Notes: generated by a model from the sequence alone, not told the origin. Positions 9,129 to 18,760 are shown, numbered from the stretch's first letter. The stretch: DNA of 64,000 nt from a candidate division WOR-3 bacterium (GCA_037481815.1 JBBFKX010000001.1:128001-192000), one strand, 5' to 3'. Program-made: numbers and translations.

Positions 9129-9851
9129 ATGGTAGTAGTTAAAGTAGAAAATTTGAAAAAAAATTTTGGAAAAGTTCAGGCACTGAAAGGGATAAACTTC
9201 GAAGTTAATCAAGGTGAAATTTTTGGTTTGATAGGTCCAAACGGAGCAGGGAAATCTACATGTCTTAGAATACTTTCGACGATTCTGAGTAAAAGTGAAG
9301 GAAATGTAGAAATTTTTGGATACGATATCTCAAGAAAAATGGAAATAAAAAAGATAATCTCCTATCTGCCGGAAGATGCTGGTGCTTACAAAAACCTGAA
9401 AGGGATTGATTATTTAAAATTTTTTGTGAATTTTTTCAAAGATGGAAGAGATATCAAAAAAACTCTTGAATATGGAATTGAGATTTCATCTTTGAAAGAT
9501 AGGTTAAACGATAAGATTGATACCTATTCTAAGGGTATGATGAGAAAACTTTTGATAGCAAGAAGTTTGATGATCGAACCGAAACTTGCCATACTTGATG
9601 AACCGACTTCTGGACTTGATGTTATCAATGCAACCCAGATCAGAGATCTTATAAAACAAAAAGCAAAAGAGGGTACAACCTTTATAGTTTCATCTCACAA
9701 TATGCTTGAAGTCGATTATCTGTGTGATCGAATATCACTGATAAATGAGGGAATTATTGTTGAAAGTGGTAGTGTAAAAAAGTTAAAAGAGAAATACAGT
9801 GTTGAGAATATTGAAAAAATATTCGTTAAAGTTGTTGGAGAAAAAAAATGA
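9129..9851 (+). CDS. ABC-2 exporter ATP-binding protein (NatA-like)
   Basis: GPNGAGKS Walker A, YSKGM signature, ILDEPTSGLD. Confidence 0.92.
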   Translation: MVVVKVENLKKNFGKVQALKGINFEVNQGEIFGLIGPNGAGKSTCLRILSTILSKSEGNVEIFGYDISRKMEIKKIISYLPEDAGAYKNLKGIDYLKFFVNFFKDGRDIKKTLEYGIEISSLKDRLNDKIDTYSKGMMRKLLIARSLMIEPKLAILDEPTSGLDVINATQIRDLIKQKAKEGTTFIVSSHNMLEVDYLCDRISLINEGIIVESGSVKKLKEKYSVENIEKIFVKVVGEKK

Positions 9852-11101
9852 TTTTTAACATTATTAAAAAGGAAGTAAAAGAACTTTTAAATAGATCAAC
9901 AATAATTTCTCTTGTCTTTGTATCTTTTGTTTTAGGTTTTATAGGTAAATATGTTTCGAATGCTGAAAAAAATGTTGAGATAAGGTCTGCCAATATAGTA
10001 ATCGTTGATAAAGATTCAACAGAAATTTCAAAGAAATTTTCTGATCTGATTTTAAAATATTCGAAGAATGACTTTGAAGAAAAAATTTTTGAAGATAAAC
10101 TAAAAACACTCACAAAAGAAGGTGGATCTATAATCATTATACAAAAAGGTTTTCAAGATGAGATTTTGAAAGGGGGAAAAGGAGAAATAAAAGTAGAATA
10201 TTTTTTGAAAGGAACTGGACTTTTCGATTTTATGTCTTCAGATGTTATTGGAAACGCTCTTTTATATGCAAAAAATGAATTGACCAAATTTCTTCTTTTG
10301 AACAAAAGAATAAAGAATGAGAATATTCTTGATCCCATATCAGTCAAAGCACAGAGTATAAAGGTTAAAGAAAAAATTTTTCAAAATGTAGATCCTAAAA
10401 CCTTATACTCTTTTCTTGGGAATCAAACAAATTTTGTACCTGTTATAATCATGATGCTTCTTGTGATGTCGGGAGGAATGATAATATCATCGATGGGGAT
10501 GGAAAAAGAGAATAAAACCTTGGAAACTCTTCTTACGATGCCTGTTGAGAGAAGAGATATCGTTCTTGGAAAAATAATCGGTGGTGGAGTTGTTGGAATG
10601 ATAATGGCTTCGATATATATGGCAGGATTTTACAATTATATGAAAGGTTTTTCCGAAAATCTTTCATACATCCCCGATTTTAAAGTTTTTTATTTTTCAG
10701 ATTATATTTTGATAGGTCTTTCAATATTTTTATCATTGTTGTCTGGACTTTCAATGTGTTTATTGCTTGGTCTGTTTGCAAAAGATTACAAGTCGGCTCA
10801 GACATTGACAATGCCGGTGTCAATACTTGCAATAATACCTATGTTTTTAACGATGTTTAAAGATTTTGATACTTTATCTCTGCCTTTTAAAACAATAGTT
10901 TTTTTAATACCATTTTCACATCCGATGATGGCGATGAAACTTTTATTTTTTGATCAGTATAAAATGGTTTTTTACGGAATTTTATATAACCTTTTCTTTT
11001 TTATAATTCTGGTTATTATACTTGTTTATATCTTCAGTACTGACTATATAATTACAGGCAAAGAATTGGAGAGGTTTTTCAAAAGAAAAAAATCTCTTTA
11101 A
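9848..11101 (+). CDS. ABC-2 permease (NatB-like)
   Basis: EKENKTLETLLTMPV...GK motif; six TM segments. Confidence 0.88.
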   Translation: MIFNIIKKEVKELLNRSTIISLVFVSFVLGFIGKYVSNAEKNVEIRSANIVIVDKDSTEISKKFSDLILKYSKNDFEEKIFEDKLKTLTKEGGSIIIIQKGFQDEILKGGKGEIKVEYFLKGTGLFDFMSSDVIGNALLYAKNELTKFLLLNKRIKNENILDPISVKAQSIKVKEKIFQNVDPKTLYSFLGNQTNFVPVIIMMLLVMSGGMIISSMGMEKENKTLETLLTMPVERRDIVLGKIIGGGVVGMIMASIYMAGFYNYMKGFSENLSYIPDFKVFYFSDYILIGLSIFLSLLSGLSMCLLLGLFAKDYKSAQTLTMPVSILAIIPMFLTMFKDFDTLSLPFKTIVFLIPFSHPMMAMKLLFFDQYKMVFYGILYNLFFFIILVIILVYIFSTDYIITGKELERFFKRKKSL

Positions 11102-11102
11102 A

Positions 11103-11134
11103 TCAAAAAACCCCAAAAGTTTGGGGTTTTTTGA
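11103..11134. terminator. bidirectional intrinsic terminator
   Basis: Perfect hairpin TCAAAAAACCCCAA-AAGT-TTGGGGTTTTTTGA between convergent genes. Confidence 0.85.
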
Positions 11135-11166
11135 AAGGAGAGATGAGGTTTTATAAAGAGATGGTA

Positions 11167-11748
11167 TTATTTTAAAATAACAATTTTTTCTTTATAAATA
11201 TTTTTCCCACTCTTCAAGAGTATCAGATATTTCCCCGCTGGAAGAGAGGTTAAGTCACTTTTAATTATTTCACCGCTTAAATTATAAACTTCTATTTCAA
11301 ACTCCCCAGGATTTTTAAGATCTTTTGCCTTTGAAAAGGTTACAGGATTTTGAGGATTTACTGGATTTGGTGGAAGAATATTTTGCCTTCTCTTATCAGG
11401 AGATGATTTTAATTGTATTGAGTTTTCGTCATCAGGCAAAACTGGTTGTGGTGGAATAATATAGTTTCTGTGGTTGTCGGGAAGTGAATTTAATTGAGTT
11501 GAATTCTCCTCATCAGGAAGCACCGGTTGTGGGGGTATTATATAGTTTCTGTGTGTCTCAGGTAAAGAATAAAGTTGAGTTGAACTGTTGTCGTCAGGTA
11601 GAACCGGTTGAGGTGGAATTATATAATTTCTATGATTATCAGGTTGGGATTGAATATTATAATTAACAAATTCAGCATCATTTTTATCAGCCAAAAGAAC
11701 TATACTTGCAAGAAGTATCAAGAGTGAAACCGTTAAAAGTTTTTTCAT
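11167..11748 (-). CDS. secreted 27-aa tandem-repeat protein with T9SS type-A-like C-terminal domain
   Basis: Signal peptide; repeats containing HRNYIIPPQPVLPD; C-terminal IEVYNLSG...LPAGKYLI...KIVILK; AAAGGAGG RBS. Confidence 0.8.
   Translation of the reverse strand: MKKLLTVSLLILLASIVLLADKNDAEFVNYNIQSQPDNHRNYIIPPQPVLPDDNSSTQLYSLPETHRNYIIPPQPVLPDEENSTQLNSLPDNHRNYIIPPQPVLPDDENSIQLKSSPDKRRQNILPPNPVNPQNPVTFSKAKDLKNPGEFEIEVYNLSGEIIKSDLTSLPAGKYLILLKSGKNIYKEKIVILK
11353..11643 (-). repeat. 81-bp (27-codon) coding tandem repeat, 3 full copies plus 1 degenerate partial copy
   Basis: Units start at P36, P63, P90 and P117 of the protein; the DNA copies differ at synonymous sites. Confidence 0.9.
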
Positions 11749-11776
11749 AAAACCTCCTTTTTTTCTGTAATTATAC

Positions 11777-11792
11777 TCAATAATCGTGCCAA
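11777..11792 (-). promoter_or_regulatory. putative sigma-54 (-24/-12) promoter
   Basis: Minus strand reads TTGGCACGATTATTGA versus consensus TGGCAC-N5-TTGC (one mismatch at -12). Confidence 0.6.
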
Positions 11793-11843
11793 ACTTTAAG
11801 TTCCTCTGAAAACATAATTTGAAATTTTGTTAAAAGGTCAAAA

Positions 11844-11861
11844 TGTAAATTTTATTTTACA
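11844..11861. promoter_or_regulatory. palindromic TGTAAA-N6-TTTACA site (candidate enhancer-binding-protein UAS)
   Basis: TGTAAA-TTTTAT-TTTACA about 50-70 bp upstream of the -24 element; matches the TyrR/PhhR box consensus. Confidence 0.5.
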
Positions 11862-11894
11862 CCTGTCTTTATTTAAAACTTATTTTTTGACCTA

Positions 11895-11922
11895 TTGATT
11901 TTTTCAATTTATGTGGTATACT
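11895..11922 (+). promoter_or_regulatory. putative rpmB promoter TTGATT-N16-TATACT with extended -10
   Basis: TGGTATACT extended -10 upstream of rpmB. Confidence 0.55.
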
Positions 11923-11945
11923 TCACGAAAAAAAGGAGAAACTAA

Positions 11946-12137
11946 ATGGCTAATAGATGTGAAGTTTGCGGAAAAGGACCTCAGTTTGGCTCAAATATTT
12001 CACATGCACATAATGTGACAAAGAAAAAAAGGATGCCAAATTTAAGAAGAGTAAAAGCAAAAGTAGATAATAAAATTAAATATATCTATGTTTGCTCAAG
12101 ATGTCTCCGTTCAGGTTCAGTTCAAAAAGTTGTTTAA
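11946..12137 (+). CDS. rpmB: 50S ribosomal protein L28
   Basis: CEVCGKGPQFGSNISHAHN...PNL...CSRCLRSG. Confidence 0.96.
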   Translation: MANRCEVCGKGPQFGSNISHAHNVTKKKRMPNLRRVKAKVDNKIKYIYVCSRCLRSGSVQKVV

Positions 12138-12140
12138 CTA

Positions 12141-12169
12141 TTGACATCATAAAGTTATTCAATTATTAT
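12141..12169 (+). promoter_or_regulatory. putative sigma-70 promoter TTGACA-N17-TATTAT
   Basis: Hexamers upstream of the PorV-like gene. Confidence 0.45.
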
Positions 12170-12195
12170 CCTAATATAAAATATTAGGAGTTGAA

Positions 12196-13284
12196 ATGAA
12201 AAAAATTTTAATGTTTATACTTTTGCTCTTTACATATGTACTTATCTTTTCAACCGCCTCCCAGGCAGGTGCAGTTTTTCTACTGATTTATCCCGGTTCA
12301 AGAGCAGTTTCTCTGGGAAACTCTTATACTGCGTTATCAGATGATGCACTCGCAACCTATTACAACCCTGCAGGGATGGGTTTGCAGGAAAAGAAAGATA
12401 TAGTACTTATGCATTCTCCATGGCTTGTAGGCCTTGGAGATGATATGTATTATGAATTTCTTTCGGCTGTTATTCCGACAAATTATGGAGTTTGGGGTGG
12501 AAATGTTATCTATCTTACAACAGGTGAGATATCAGCAGAAGAAAATAATGACCCAACTGCCATATGGACTACTTTTGACTTAGCTTTATCTCTTTCATAT
12601 TCATACAAAATAAAAAATGATATCTCCTTGGGAGTAACAGGCAAATTCATCTATTCGTATCTTGCTCCTGATTGGGTTATTCAAAGATACATGGGAGAGG
12701 AGAGAGGAGGGCAGGGACAATCGGTTGCTCTGGATTTTGGTTTTTTAAAGAAATTTGGAACAAAAACATCACTTGGTATCTCCCTTTCAAATCTTGGACC
12801 TGGACTCAAATATCTTGCTGATGGCTCAGTAGATGATCTCCCAAGAACTCTTAGAATCGGGTTTGCTCAAACGATTATCGAGAATGAGTTGAACAAGTTA
12901 CTTTTCACAACAGATCTTACAAAGGTCATTGCAGGAATAAAACTCGATTCACTTTCAAAATCTGATTTTATTTTTGAACCATCAAAAATTCTCGATAAAT
13001 ATTATAACAATGTGGACCCTGTAACCGGCGATACCTTATATCTCTCAATGCTTGAAGCTGAATTTCTTGACACCTGGCTTGGGGCTGGAATTGAATATAT
13101 TTATTACAATCTTCTTTCTTTGAGGTTGGGATATTTCCTTGACTATTACGGGCAAAGGATGGGATTCACATTCGGTGGTGGTATTCAGGTAAAAAACAGT
13201 TTCAGACTTGATCTTGGTATAGATTCTGATATCTATTCTTTTCCAACTTCAAACTATAGAATCTCAATCGGTTTCAGGTGGTGA
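12196..13284 (+). CDS. PorV/PorQ-family outer-membrane beta-barrel
   Basis: FLLIYPGSRAVSLGNSYTALSDDALATYYNPAG N-terminal motif; C-terminal aromatic residue. Confidence 0.8.
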   Translation: MKKILMFILLLFTYVLIFSTASQAGAVFLLIYPGSRAVSLGNSYTALSDDALATYYNPAGMGLQEKKDIVLMHSPWLVGLGDDMYYEFLSAVIPTNYGVWGGNVIYLTTGEISAEENNDPTAIWTTFDLALSLSYSYKIKNDISLGVTGKFIYSYLAPDWVIQRYMGEERGGQGQSVALDFGFLKKFGTKTSLGISLSNLGPGLKYLADGSVDDLPRTLRIGFAQTIIENELNKLLFTTDLTKVIAGIKLDSLSKSDFIFEPSKILDKYYNNVDPVTGDTLYLSMLEAEFLDTWLGAGIEYIYYNLLSLRLGYFLDYYGQRMGFTFGGGIQVKNSFRLDLGIDSDIYSFPTSNYRISIGFRW

Positions 13285-14144
13285 AAACTACTCTCGATCT
13301 TATATTCAACATAGACAAAGAAGAGAATCTACCATCGTTTGAAATAGTCAAAAGATTCAGAAATATTTTCAAAGAAAAAAAAGTTGGTTTTCTTGGAACT
13401 CTCGATCCCTTTGCCTCAGGTGTTTTACCTCTTTTTTCAGGAAACTTCACAAAAATTATAAGATTTTTAGAAGATTGTGATAAAGTTTATGATGCTTTTA
13501 TTGAGTTCGGGATTTTAACAGACACTTTTGATATTACGGGAAAAATAGTTGAAAGAAAAAATCAAAAGATAAAAGTTGGGGAACAAAGTATAGAGGAAGT
13601 GATAAAAAAATTTTTTCTCGGTGAACGGTTACAAACGATTCCAACATTTTCGGCTGTTAAAATAAAAGGAGAAAGAGCGTATAAACTTGCAAGAAAAGGG
13701 ATAATGTTTGAAGAAAAAAGAAAAAAGGTTTTTATGAAAGATTTTAAAATAGTTTATTTTGATGGTAAAAATCTTAATATCCAGATTAAGGTCAAAAAAG
13801 GATTTTATGTCAGATCGTTTGCAAAAGAACTTGGAGAAAAACTTGATACATATGGAACCGTTGTAAAGTTGAGAAGATTGGAGAATGGATTTTTTAAAAT
13901 AGCGGATGCAAAAAAAATCGATGATGTAAAAGTCGAAGATTCAAAAAAACTGGAGGAAGTTGTAAAAGATATAATGGATACGCTCGAAGTAGATCATAAA
14001 GATTTTAATATTTTAAAAAATGGGAATTTTTTGAAGTTGAAAAATGGTTATGAAAAAAAATTACTTCTTGTAAAACATGAAAACAATTATATTGTAACTG
14101 AAAATAAGGATGGTTTTATCTATCCTAAAAGGTGTATAGTATGA
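13281..14144 (+). CDS. truB: tRNA pseudouridine(55) synthase
   Basis: GTLDPFASGVL, TDTFD, FSAVKIKGERAYKLARKG, GFYVRS; lies in the truB-ribF-rpsO-pnp context. Confidence 0.92.
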   Translation: MKTTLDLIFNIDKEENLPSFEIVKRFRNIFKEKKVGFLGTLDPFASGVLPLFSGNFTKIIRFLEDCDKVYDAFIEFGILTDTFDITGKIVERKNQKIKVGEQSIEEVIKKFFLGERLQTIPTFSAVKIKGERAYKLARKGIMFEEKRKKVFMKDFKIVYFDGKNLNIQIKVKKGFYVRSFAKELGEKLDTYGTVVKLRRLENGFFKIADAKKIDDVKVEDSKKLEEVVKDIMDTLEVDHKDFNILKNGNFLKLKNGYEKKLLLVKHENNYIVTENKDGFIYPKRCIV

Positions 14145-15079
14145 ACATATTTTATGGATTGAATAAAATCGATGATAGTTTGAAAGGAAAGGTTATAACT
14201 ATAGGTTCTTTCGATGGGATACATAGAGGACATAAGAAGGTTTTAGAAAGTTTATCTAAAATTTCAAAAAATGAAGGAAAGAAAAATCTTGTGATCACTT
14301 TTGAACCACATCCGAGAATGGTACTTGAAAATATAAAAGAAAATTTTCTTTTAACTACACTTGAAGACAAACTTTATATGTTTGAAACATCGAACCTTGT
14401 TGACAATCTTTTGATAATACCTTTTGATAAAAATTTTGCTCAGATTTCTGCTGATGATTTTGTTGAAAAAATAGTTATAAATCGTCTTGCACCTTCAACA
14501 TTTGTTGTCGGATACGATACACATTTTGGAAACAACAGAAAGGGAGATATAGTAAAGTTAAAATCAATCCTGATGAAAGAAAGAGTAAAGTTTGAGATAG
14601 TTGAACCTGAAGTTGAAGATGCGCAGATTATTTCGAGTTCGATAATCAGAAAATTTATAAAATTTGGAAACATTGAAGAAGCGAATAAATTTTTAGGTTA
14701 CAAATATTTTGTTAAAGGTGTTGTTGTTAGAGGAGAGGGAAGAGGTGCGATACTTGGATTTCCTACAGCAAATATCGAGTTCGATGAAAAGATCAAGATT
14801 ATGCCTCAAAATGGAGTTTACGCTGTAACAGTTATATATGAAGGGAAGAAATATAAAGGAATGATGAATGTTGGAAAGAGACCGACTTTTGATGAAAAAT
14901 TATCCCTTGAGGTTCACATACTCGATTTTAACGAAAACCTTTATAACAAAACTTTGAAAATACATTTTATAAAAAGGCTAAGAGACGAAGTTAAGTTTCC
15001 TACGGAAAACGAACTAATAGAACAGTTAAAAAAAGATAAAGAAGAGATAAAAAACTTAAAGGAGGAATTATGGCTTTAA
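14141..15079 (+). CDS. ribF: bifunctional riboflavin kinase/FAD synthetase
   Basis: [33 protein letters not shown]. Confidence 0.95.
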   Translation: MNIFYGLNKIDDSLKGKVITIGSFDGIHRGHKKVLESLSKISKNEGKKNLVITFEPHPRMVLENIKENFLLTTLEDKLYMFETSNLVDNLLIIPFDKNFAQISADDFVEKIVINRLAPSTFVVGYDTHFGNNRKGDIVKLKSILMKERVKFEIVEPEVEDAQIISSSIIRKFIKFGNIEEANKFLGYKYFVKGVVVRGEGRGAILGFPTANIEFDEKIKIMPQNGVYAVTVIYEGKKYKGMMNVGKRPTFDEKLSLEVHILDFNENLYNKTLKIHFIKRLRDEVKFPTENELIEQLKKDKEEIKNLKEELWL

Positions 15080-15339
15080 AAAAGGAAAAGAAAAAAGAGA
15101 TCATCGAAAAATTTGCAATCAAAGAGAATGATACTGGATCTCCAGAAGTTCAGATCGCACTTTTAACTGAAAGGATAAACCAGGTGACTGAACATCTGAA
15201 AAAATTCAAAAAGGATATCCATTCAAGAAGAGGTCTTCTTCTTATGGTTGGAAAAAGAAAAAGATTGTTAAACTATCTTATGCAAAAGGATTTTGAAAGG
15301 TATAAAAAGATAGTGAAAGAGTTAAATTTAAGAAAATAA
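15070..15339 (+). CDS. rpsO: 30S ribosomal protein S15
   Basis: [16 protein letters not shown]...HSRRGLL. Confidence 0.97.
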   Translation: MALKKEKKKEIIEKFAIKENDTGSPEVQIALLTERINQVTEHLKKFKKDIHSRRGLLLMVGKRKRLLNYLMQKDFERYKKIVKELNLRK

Positions 15340-15351
15340 GAGGGGTAACTA

Positions 15352-17517
15352 ATGGAAGAAAAAAAAGTAAATGGGCCGTATGGTCGGTTCAATTTAGAGA
15401 TTTCAACAGGAAAACTTGCAAAACAGGCCAACGGTTCAGTGGTGGTAAAACTGAATGAAAACATACTTCTCGTAACAGCTGTTGCTTCAAAAACAAAAAA
15501 AGAGGGACAGGATTTTTTCCCTTTGACTGTTGATTATAGAGAGAAATATTTCGCAACTGGAAAAATTCCTGGAGGATTTTTCAAAAGGGAAGGAAAACCA
15601 CGAGACCGAGAGATCCTCGCAAGTAGATTGATCGATAGACCTATAAGGCCTCTTTTCCCTGATGATTTCATAAATGAAACACAGATAATCGCAACACTCT
15701 TTTCTGCTGACGGGAAAATCGATACCGATGTTTTGGGTGTAATCGGAGCATCAGCAGCACTTATGATTTCGGATATACCTTTCAATGGCCCTGTTGGAGC
15801 GTGCAGGGTTGCTCTTGTTGATGGACAACTTATAGATTCACCAACTTTTGATGAACTCGAAGATGCTGATCTTGAACTTGTCCTTGCTGGAACGGAAACA
15901 ACAGTTACAACTATTGAAGCATCGGCAAATGAGGTCTCAGAAGAGGATATGCTAAGGGCTATAGAATTTGGACATAACATAATCAGAGAATCTATAAAGA
16001 TCCAGAAACAACTCATAGAGCGGGTTGAAGTAAATAAGATGGAATATGAACCTTTCATCATCCCACAGGATTTAAAGGATAAAATAAAAGAAATAACGAC
16101 TGAAAGGCTGAAAATATTGAACAATATTTTTGAAAAACAGAAGAGAAATCAGGAGTTTGAAAAACTGATTAGAGAGGTTGTAGAAAATCTTAAAGAGCAA
16201 TATGAAGATTTTGTTAACCTTATCCCTTCTCTAATAGAAGATAATAGAAAGGAGATGATAAGGGAAAGAATCTTGAAGGAAGGAATTCGACTCGATGGAA
16301 GGAAAACAAAAGAGATTAGAAAAATAACATGTGAAGTTGGACTTATGCCAAGAACACATGGATCAGCACTTTTCACAAGAGGTGAAACACAGTCGCTCGC
16401 ATGTTTAACTCTTGGAACAGCATCTGATGAGCAGGTTATAGAAGATCTTGAGGGAGAATCAAAAAAATCTTTTATGTTACACTACAACTTCCCACCTTTT
16501 TCAGTTGGTGAAGTTTCACCTTTGAAAGGCCCTGGAAGAAGAGAGATAGGGCATGGATTCCTTGCGGAAAAATCTCTACAGGCGGTTATACCATCTGAAG
16601 AAATTTTCCCTTACACGATCAGAATCGTCTCTGAGATACTCGAATCAAATGGATCTTCAAGTATGGCTTCAGTGTGTTCAGGATCTCTTTCGTTGATGGA
16701 TGCAGGAGTCCCAATAAAATGCCATGTCGCAGGAATCGCTATGGGACTCATAGTTGAAGAAGGTTATGAACCGGTAATATTATCAGACATAATGGGTGAA
16801 GAGGATCATTATGGTGATATGGATTTCAAAGTTGCTGGAACGAGAGAAGGAATAACCGGTTTACAACTTGATACTAAGATTGAAGGTATAACCATAGATA
16901 TCCTGAGAAAAGGTTTCTATCAGGCGAAAGAGGGAAGAGAGCACATTCTCGATATAATGGAAAAAACGATCTCGAAACCAAGAGAACAGTTGTCACAGTA
17001 TGCTCCGAGATTGATCCAGTTTACAATCGATAAAGATAAGATAGGACTTGTTATTGGACCTGGTGGAAAGATGATAAGATCGATTATTGAAAAAACTGGA
17101 GTTAAAGTTGATATAGATGATACAGGAAAGGTCACGATCGCATCAACGGATCTTGCAAGTGGAGATGAAGCAAAAAGAATGATCGAATCACTTGTTAAAG
17201 ATATTGAGATGGGAGAAATCTATGAAGGTAAAGTAACCAAGATAACGAACTTTGGTGCTTTCATAGAACTTTTACCTGGAAAAGAAGCTTTGATGCATAT
17301 CTCTCAGTTTTCACACGAAAGAATAAATGATCTAAACGAGCATTTAAAAGTTGGTGATAAGGTCTCAGTTAAAGTTATAAATGTTGATGAAAATGGTAAA
17401 GTTAACGTTTCAAGAAAAGTTCTTATAGAAAACAAAAATCAGGATCAGAACAAAAATGAAGAGAGACATCATTACAGAAAGTTTGGAAGAAAGGATTATA
17501 GAAGAGATGGATCTTAA
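15352..17517 (+). CDS. pnp: polyribonucleotide nucleotidyltransferase
   Basis: FFPLTVDYRE, RREIGHG, SNGSSSMAS, GDMDFKVAG; KH and S1 domains. Confidence 0.97.
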   Translation: MEEKKVNGPYGRFNLEISTGKLAKQANGSVVVKLNENILLVTAVASKTKKEGQDFFPLTVDYREKYFATGKIPGGFFKREGKPRDREILASRLIDRPIRPLFPDDFINETQIIATLFSADGKIDTDVLGVIGASAALMISDIPFNGPVGACRVALVDGQLIDSPTFDELEDADLELVLAGTETTVTTIEASANEVSEEDMLRAIEFGHNIIRESIKIQKQLIERVEVNKMEYEPFIIPQDLKDKIKEITTERLKILNNIFEKQKRNQEFEKLIREVVENLKEQYEDFVNLIPSLIEDNRKEMIRERILKEGIRLDGRKTKEIRKITCEVGLMPRTHGSALFTRGETQSLACLTLGTASDEQVIEDLEGESKKSFMLHYNFPPFSVGEVSPLKGPGRREIGHGFLAEKSLQAVIPSEEIFPYTIRIVSEILESNGSSSMASVCSGSLSLMDAGVPIKCHVAGIAMGLIVEEGYEPVILSDIMGEEDHYGDMDFKVAGTREGITGLQLDTKIEGITIDILRKGFYQAKEGREHILDIMEKTISKPREQLSQYAPRLIQFTIDKDKIGLVIGPGGKMIRSIIEKTGVKVDIDDTGKVTIASTDLASGDEAKRMIESLVKDIEMGEIYEGKVTKITNFGAFIELLPGKEALMHISQFSHERINDLNEHLKVGDKVSVKVINVDENGKVNVSRKVLIENKNQDQNKNEERHHYRKFGRKDYRRDGS

Positions 17518-18760
17518 ACAGAATATATCAACTGAAAAATTGGAGAATGGAATCAGTTTTATCGGAGAACAGATCAAAATCTTCCATTCTCTAATTTTTG
17601 GTTATTATGTGAGAGTTGGATCAGATTATGAAAGCGAAAGATTGAATGGTATAAGCCATCTCACAGAACATTTGATTTTTAAAGGAACAAAAAAAAGGAA
17701 AGCAGATGAGATATCAAGGTTGATAGAACATTATGGTGGAACCATAAATGCTTACACTGCAAGGGATCACACATCGTTTTACTTTAAATGTTTACCTGAT
17801 AATTTTAAAAGGATTCTCCCGATTTTTCAGGAGATGCTTTTTGAACCGTTGATCCCTGAAGATGAACTTGAAAAGGAGAAAAATGTTGTTATAGAAGAGA
17901 TTAGATCAGCAGAAGATGATCCTGAGGATCTTGTATTTGAAAATTTGAATAGAATCGTGTTCAAAGGTTCCCCTTTTGAAAAGACAATACTTGGAAGTGA
18001 GGAGATAATAAAATCGATCACAAGAAATGATGTTTTGAATTTTATAGAAAAAAATTATATAGGTGAAAATTCCTTTTATTCCTATGTTGGCCCTTTGACT
18101 ACGAAAAACATCAAAGAATCTATCGACAAAAAGTATTTTCGAGATGGTGAGATAGTTGAAAAAAACAATATAAAAGTCAAAGATAATTTTTCACAAAAAA
18201 TTTATGTTTATAAAAATTCCTTACAACAATTTCATGTGGCGTTGGGTTTCAAAACCCAAAACTACTATTCCGATGAAAGATTCCCTCTGACAATACTCTC
18301 AGCCATTTTAGGTATAGGGATGTCATCAAGATTGTTTAAAAAACTAAGAGAAGAAAAAGGATTGGTATATACAGTTTATTCTTTTGTTGATATTTTTAAA
18401 GAAGCCGGGATGAGTGGAATCTATTTTGTCTGTTCTCCAGACAACTACAAAAAAACCATGGAAATTATCGAGAAAGAGATGTCAAATATAATCATCCATG
18501 GTGTTGAAAAAGATGAGATGGAGAAAGTGAAAAACCAGATTCTTGCGAACGTTGTGATGAGTTATGATTCACTATCTGGAAGGATGGGATTCAATGCAAA
18601 ATCTTTTTTGTATAAAAAAGGAATCGATAGTGTAAATTCAGTTATAAAAAAATTCAAAAGTGTAAGTTCAGATGATATTAAAGAAATTGCAAAAAAATAT
18701 TTCAAATTCGATAAGTTGAATATTTCGATAGTTGGAAATAAGAAAAATTTTAAAATATGA
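17507..18760 (+). CDS. M16 (pitrilysin-family) zinc peptidase
   Basis: HLTEH inverted zinc motif, NAYT, SSRLF; usual position after pnp; start placed at ATG 17507. Confidence 0.9.
   Translation: MDLKQNISTEKLENGISFIGEQIKIFHSLIFGYYVRVGSDYESERLNGISHLTEHLIFKGTKKRKADEISRLIEHYGGTINAYTARDHTSFYFKCLPDNFKRILPIFQEMLFEPLIPEDELEKEKNVVIEEIRSAEDDPEDLVFENLNRIVFKGSPFEKTILGSEEIIKSITRNDVLNFIEKNYIGENSFYSYVGPLTTKNIKESIDKKYFRDGEIVEKNNIKVKDNFSQKIYVYKNSLQQFHVALGFKTQNYYSDERFPLTILSAILGIGMSSRLFKKLREEKGLVYTVYSFVDIFKEAGMSGIYFVCSPDNYKKTMEIIEKEMSNIIIHGVEKDEMEKVKNQILANVVMSYDSLSGRMGFNAKSFLYKKGIDSVNSVIKKFKSVSSDDIKEIAKKYFKFDKLNISIVGNKKNFKI

Noticed and set aside
11143..11175. Tiny + strand ORF MRFYKEMVLF with an AAGGAG SD
   Set aside because: It lies directly after a terminator with no promoter and overlaps the convergent gene's end; better explained as an anti-SD element of the minus-strand 3' UTR.
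11353..11643. 81-bp periodic repeats as a possible CRISPR array
   Set aside because: The repeats are in-frame coding units with synonymous variation, the spacers are similar to each other, and there are no cas genes.
13281..14144. truB as a pseudogene because the usual GHxGTLD reads GFLGTLD
   Set aside because: The catalytic Asp and the other motifs are intact and the ORF is full length.
15534..16124. Long antisense ORFs (also 49253-49819, 48240-48632, 29819-30196)
   Set aside because: Shadow ORFs opposite conserved genes (pnp, pgk, gap, lptB), with Ser/Ile-rich antisense composition.
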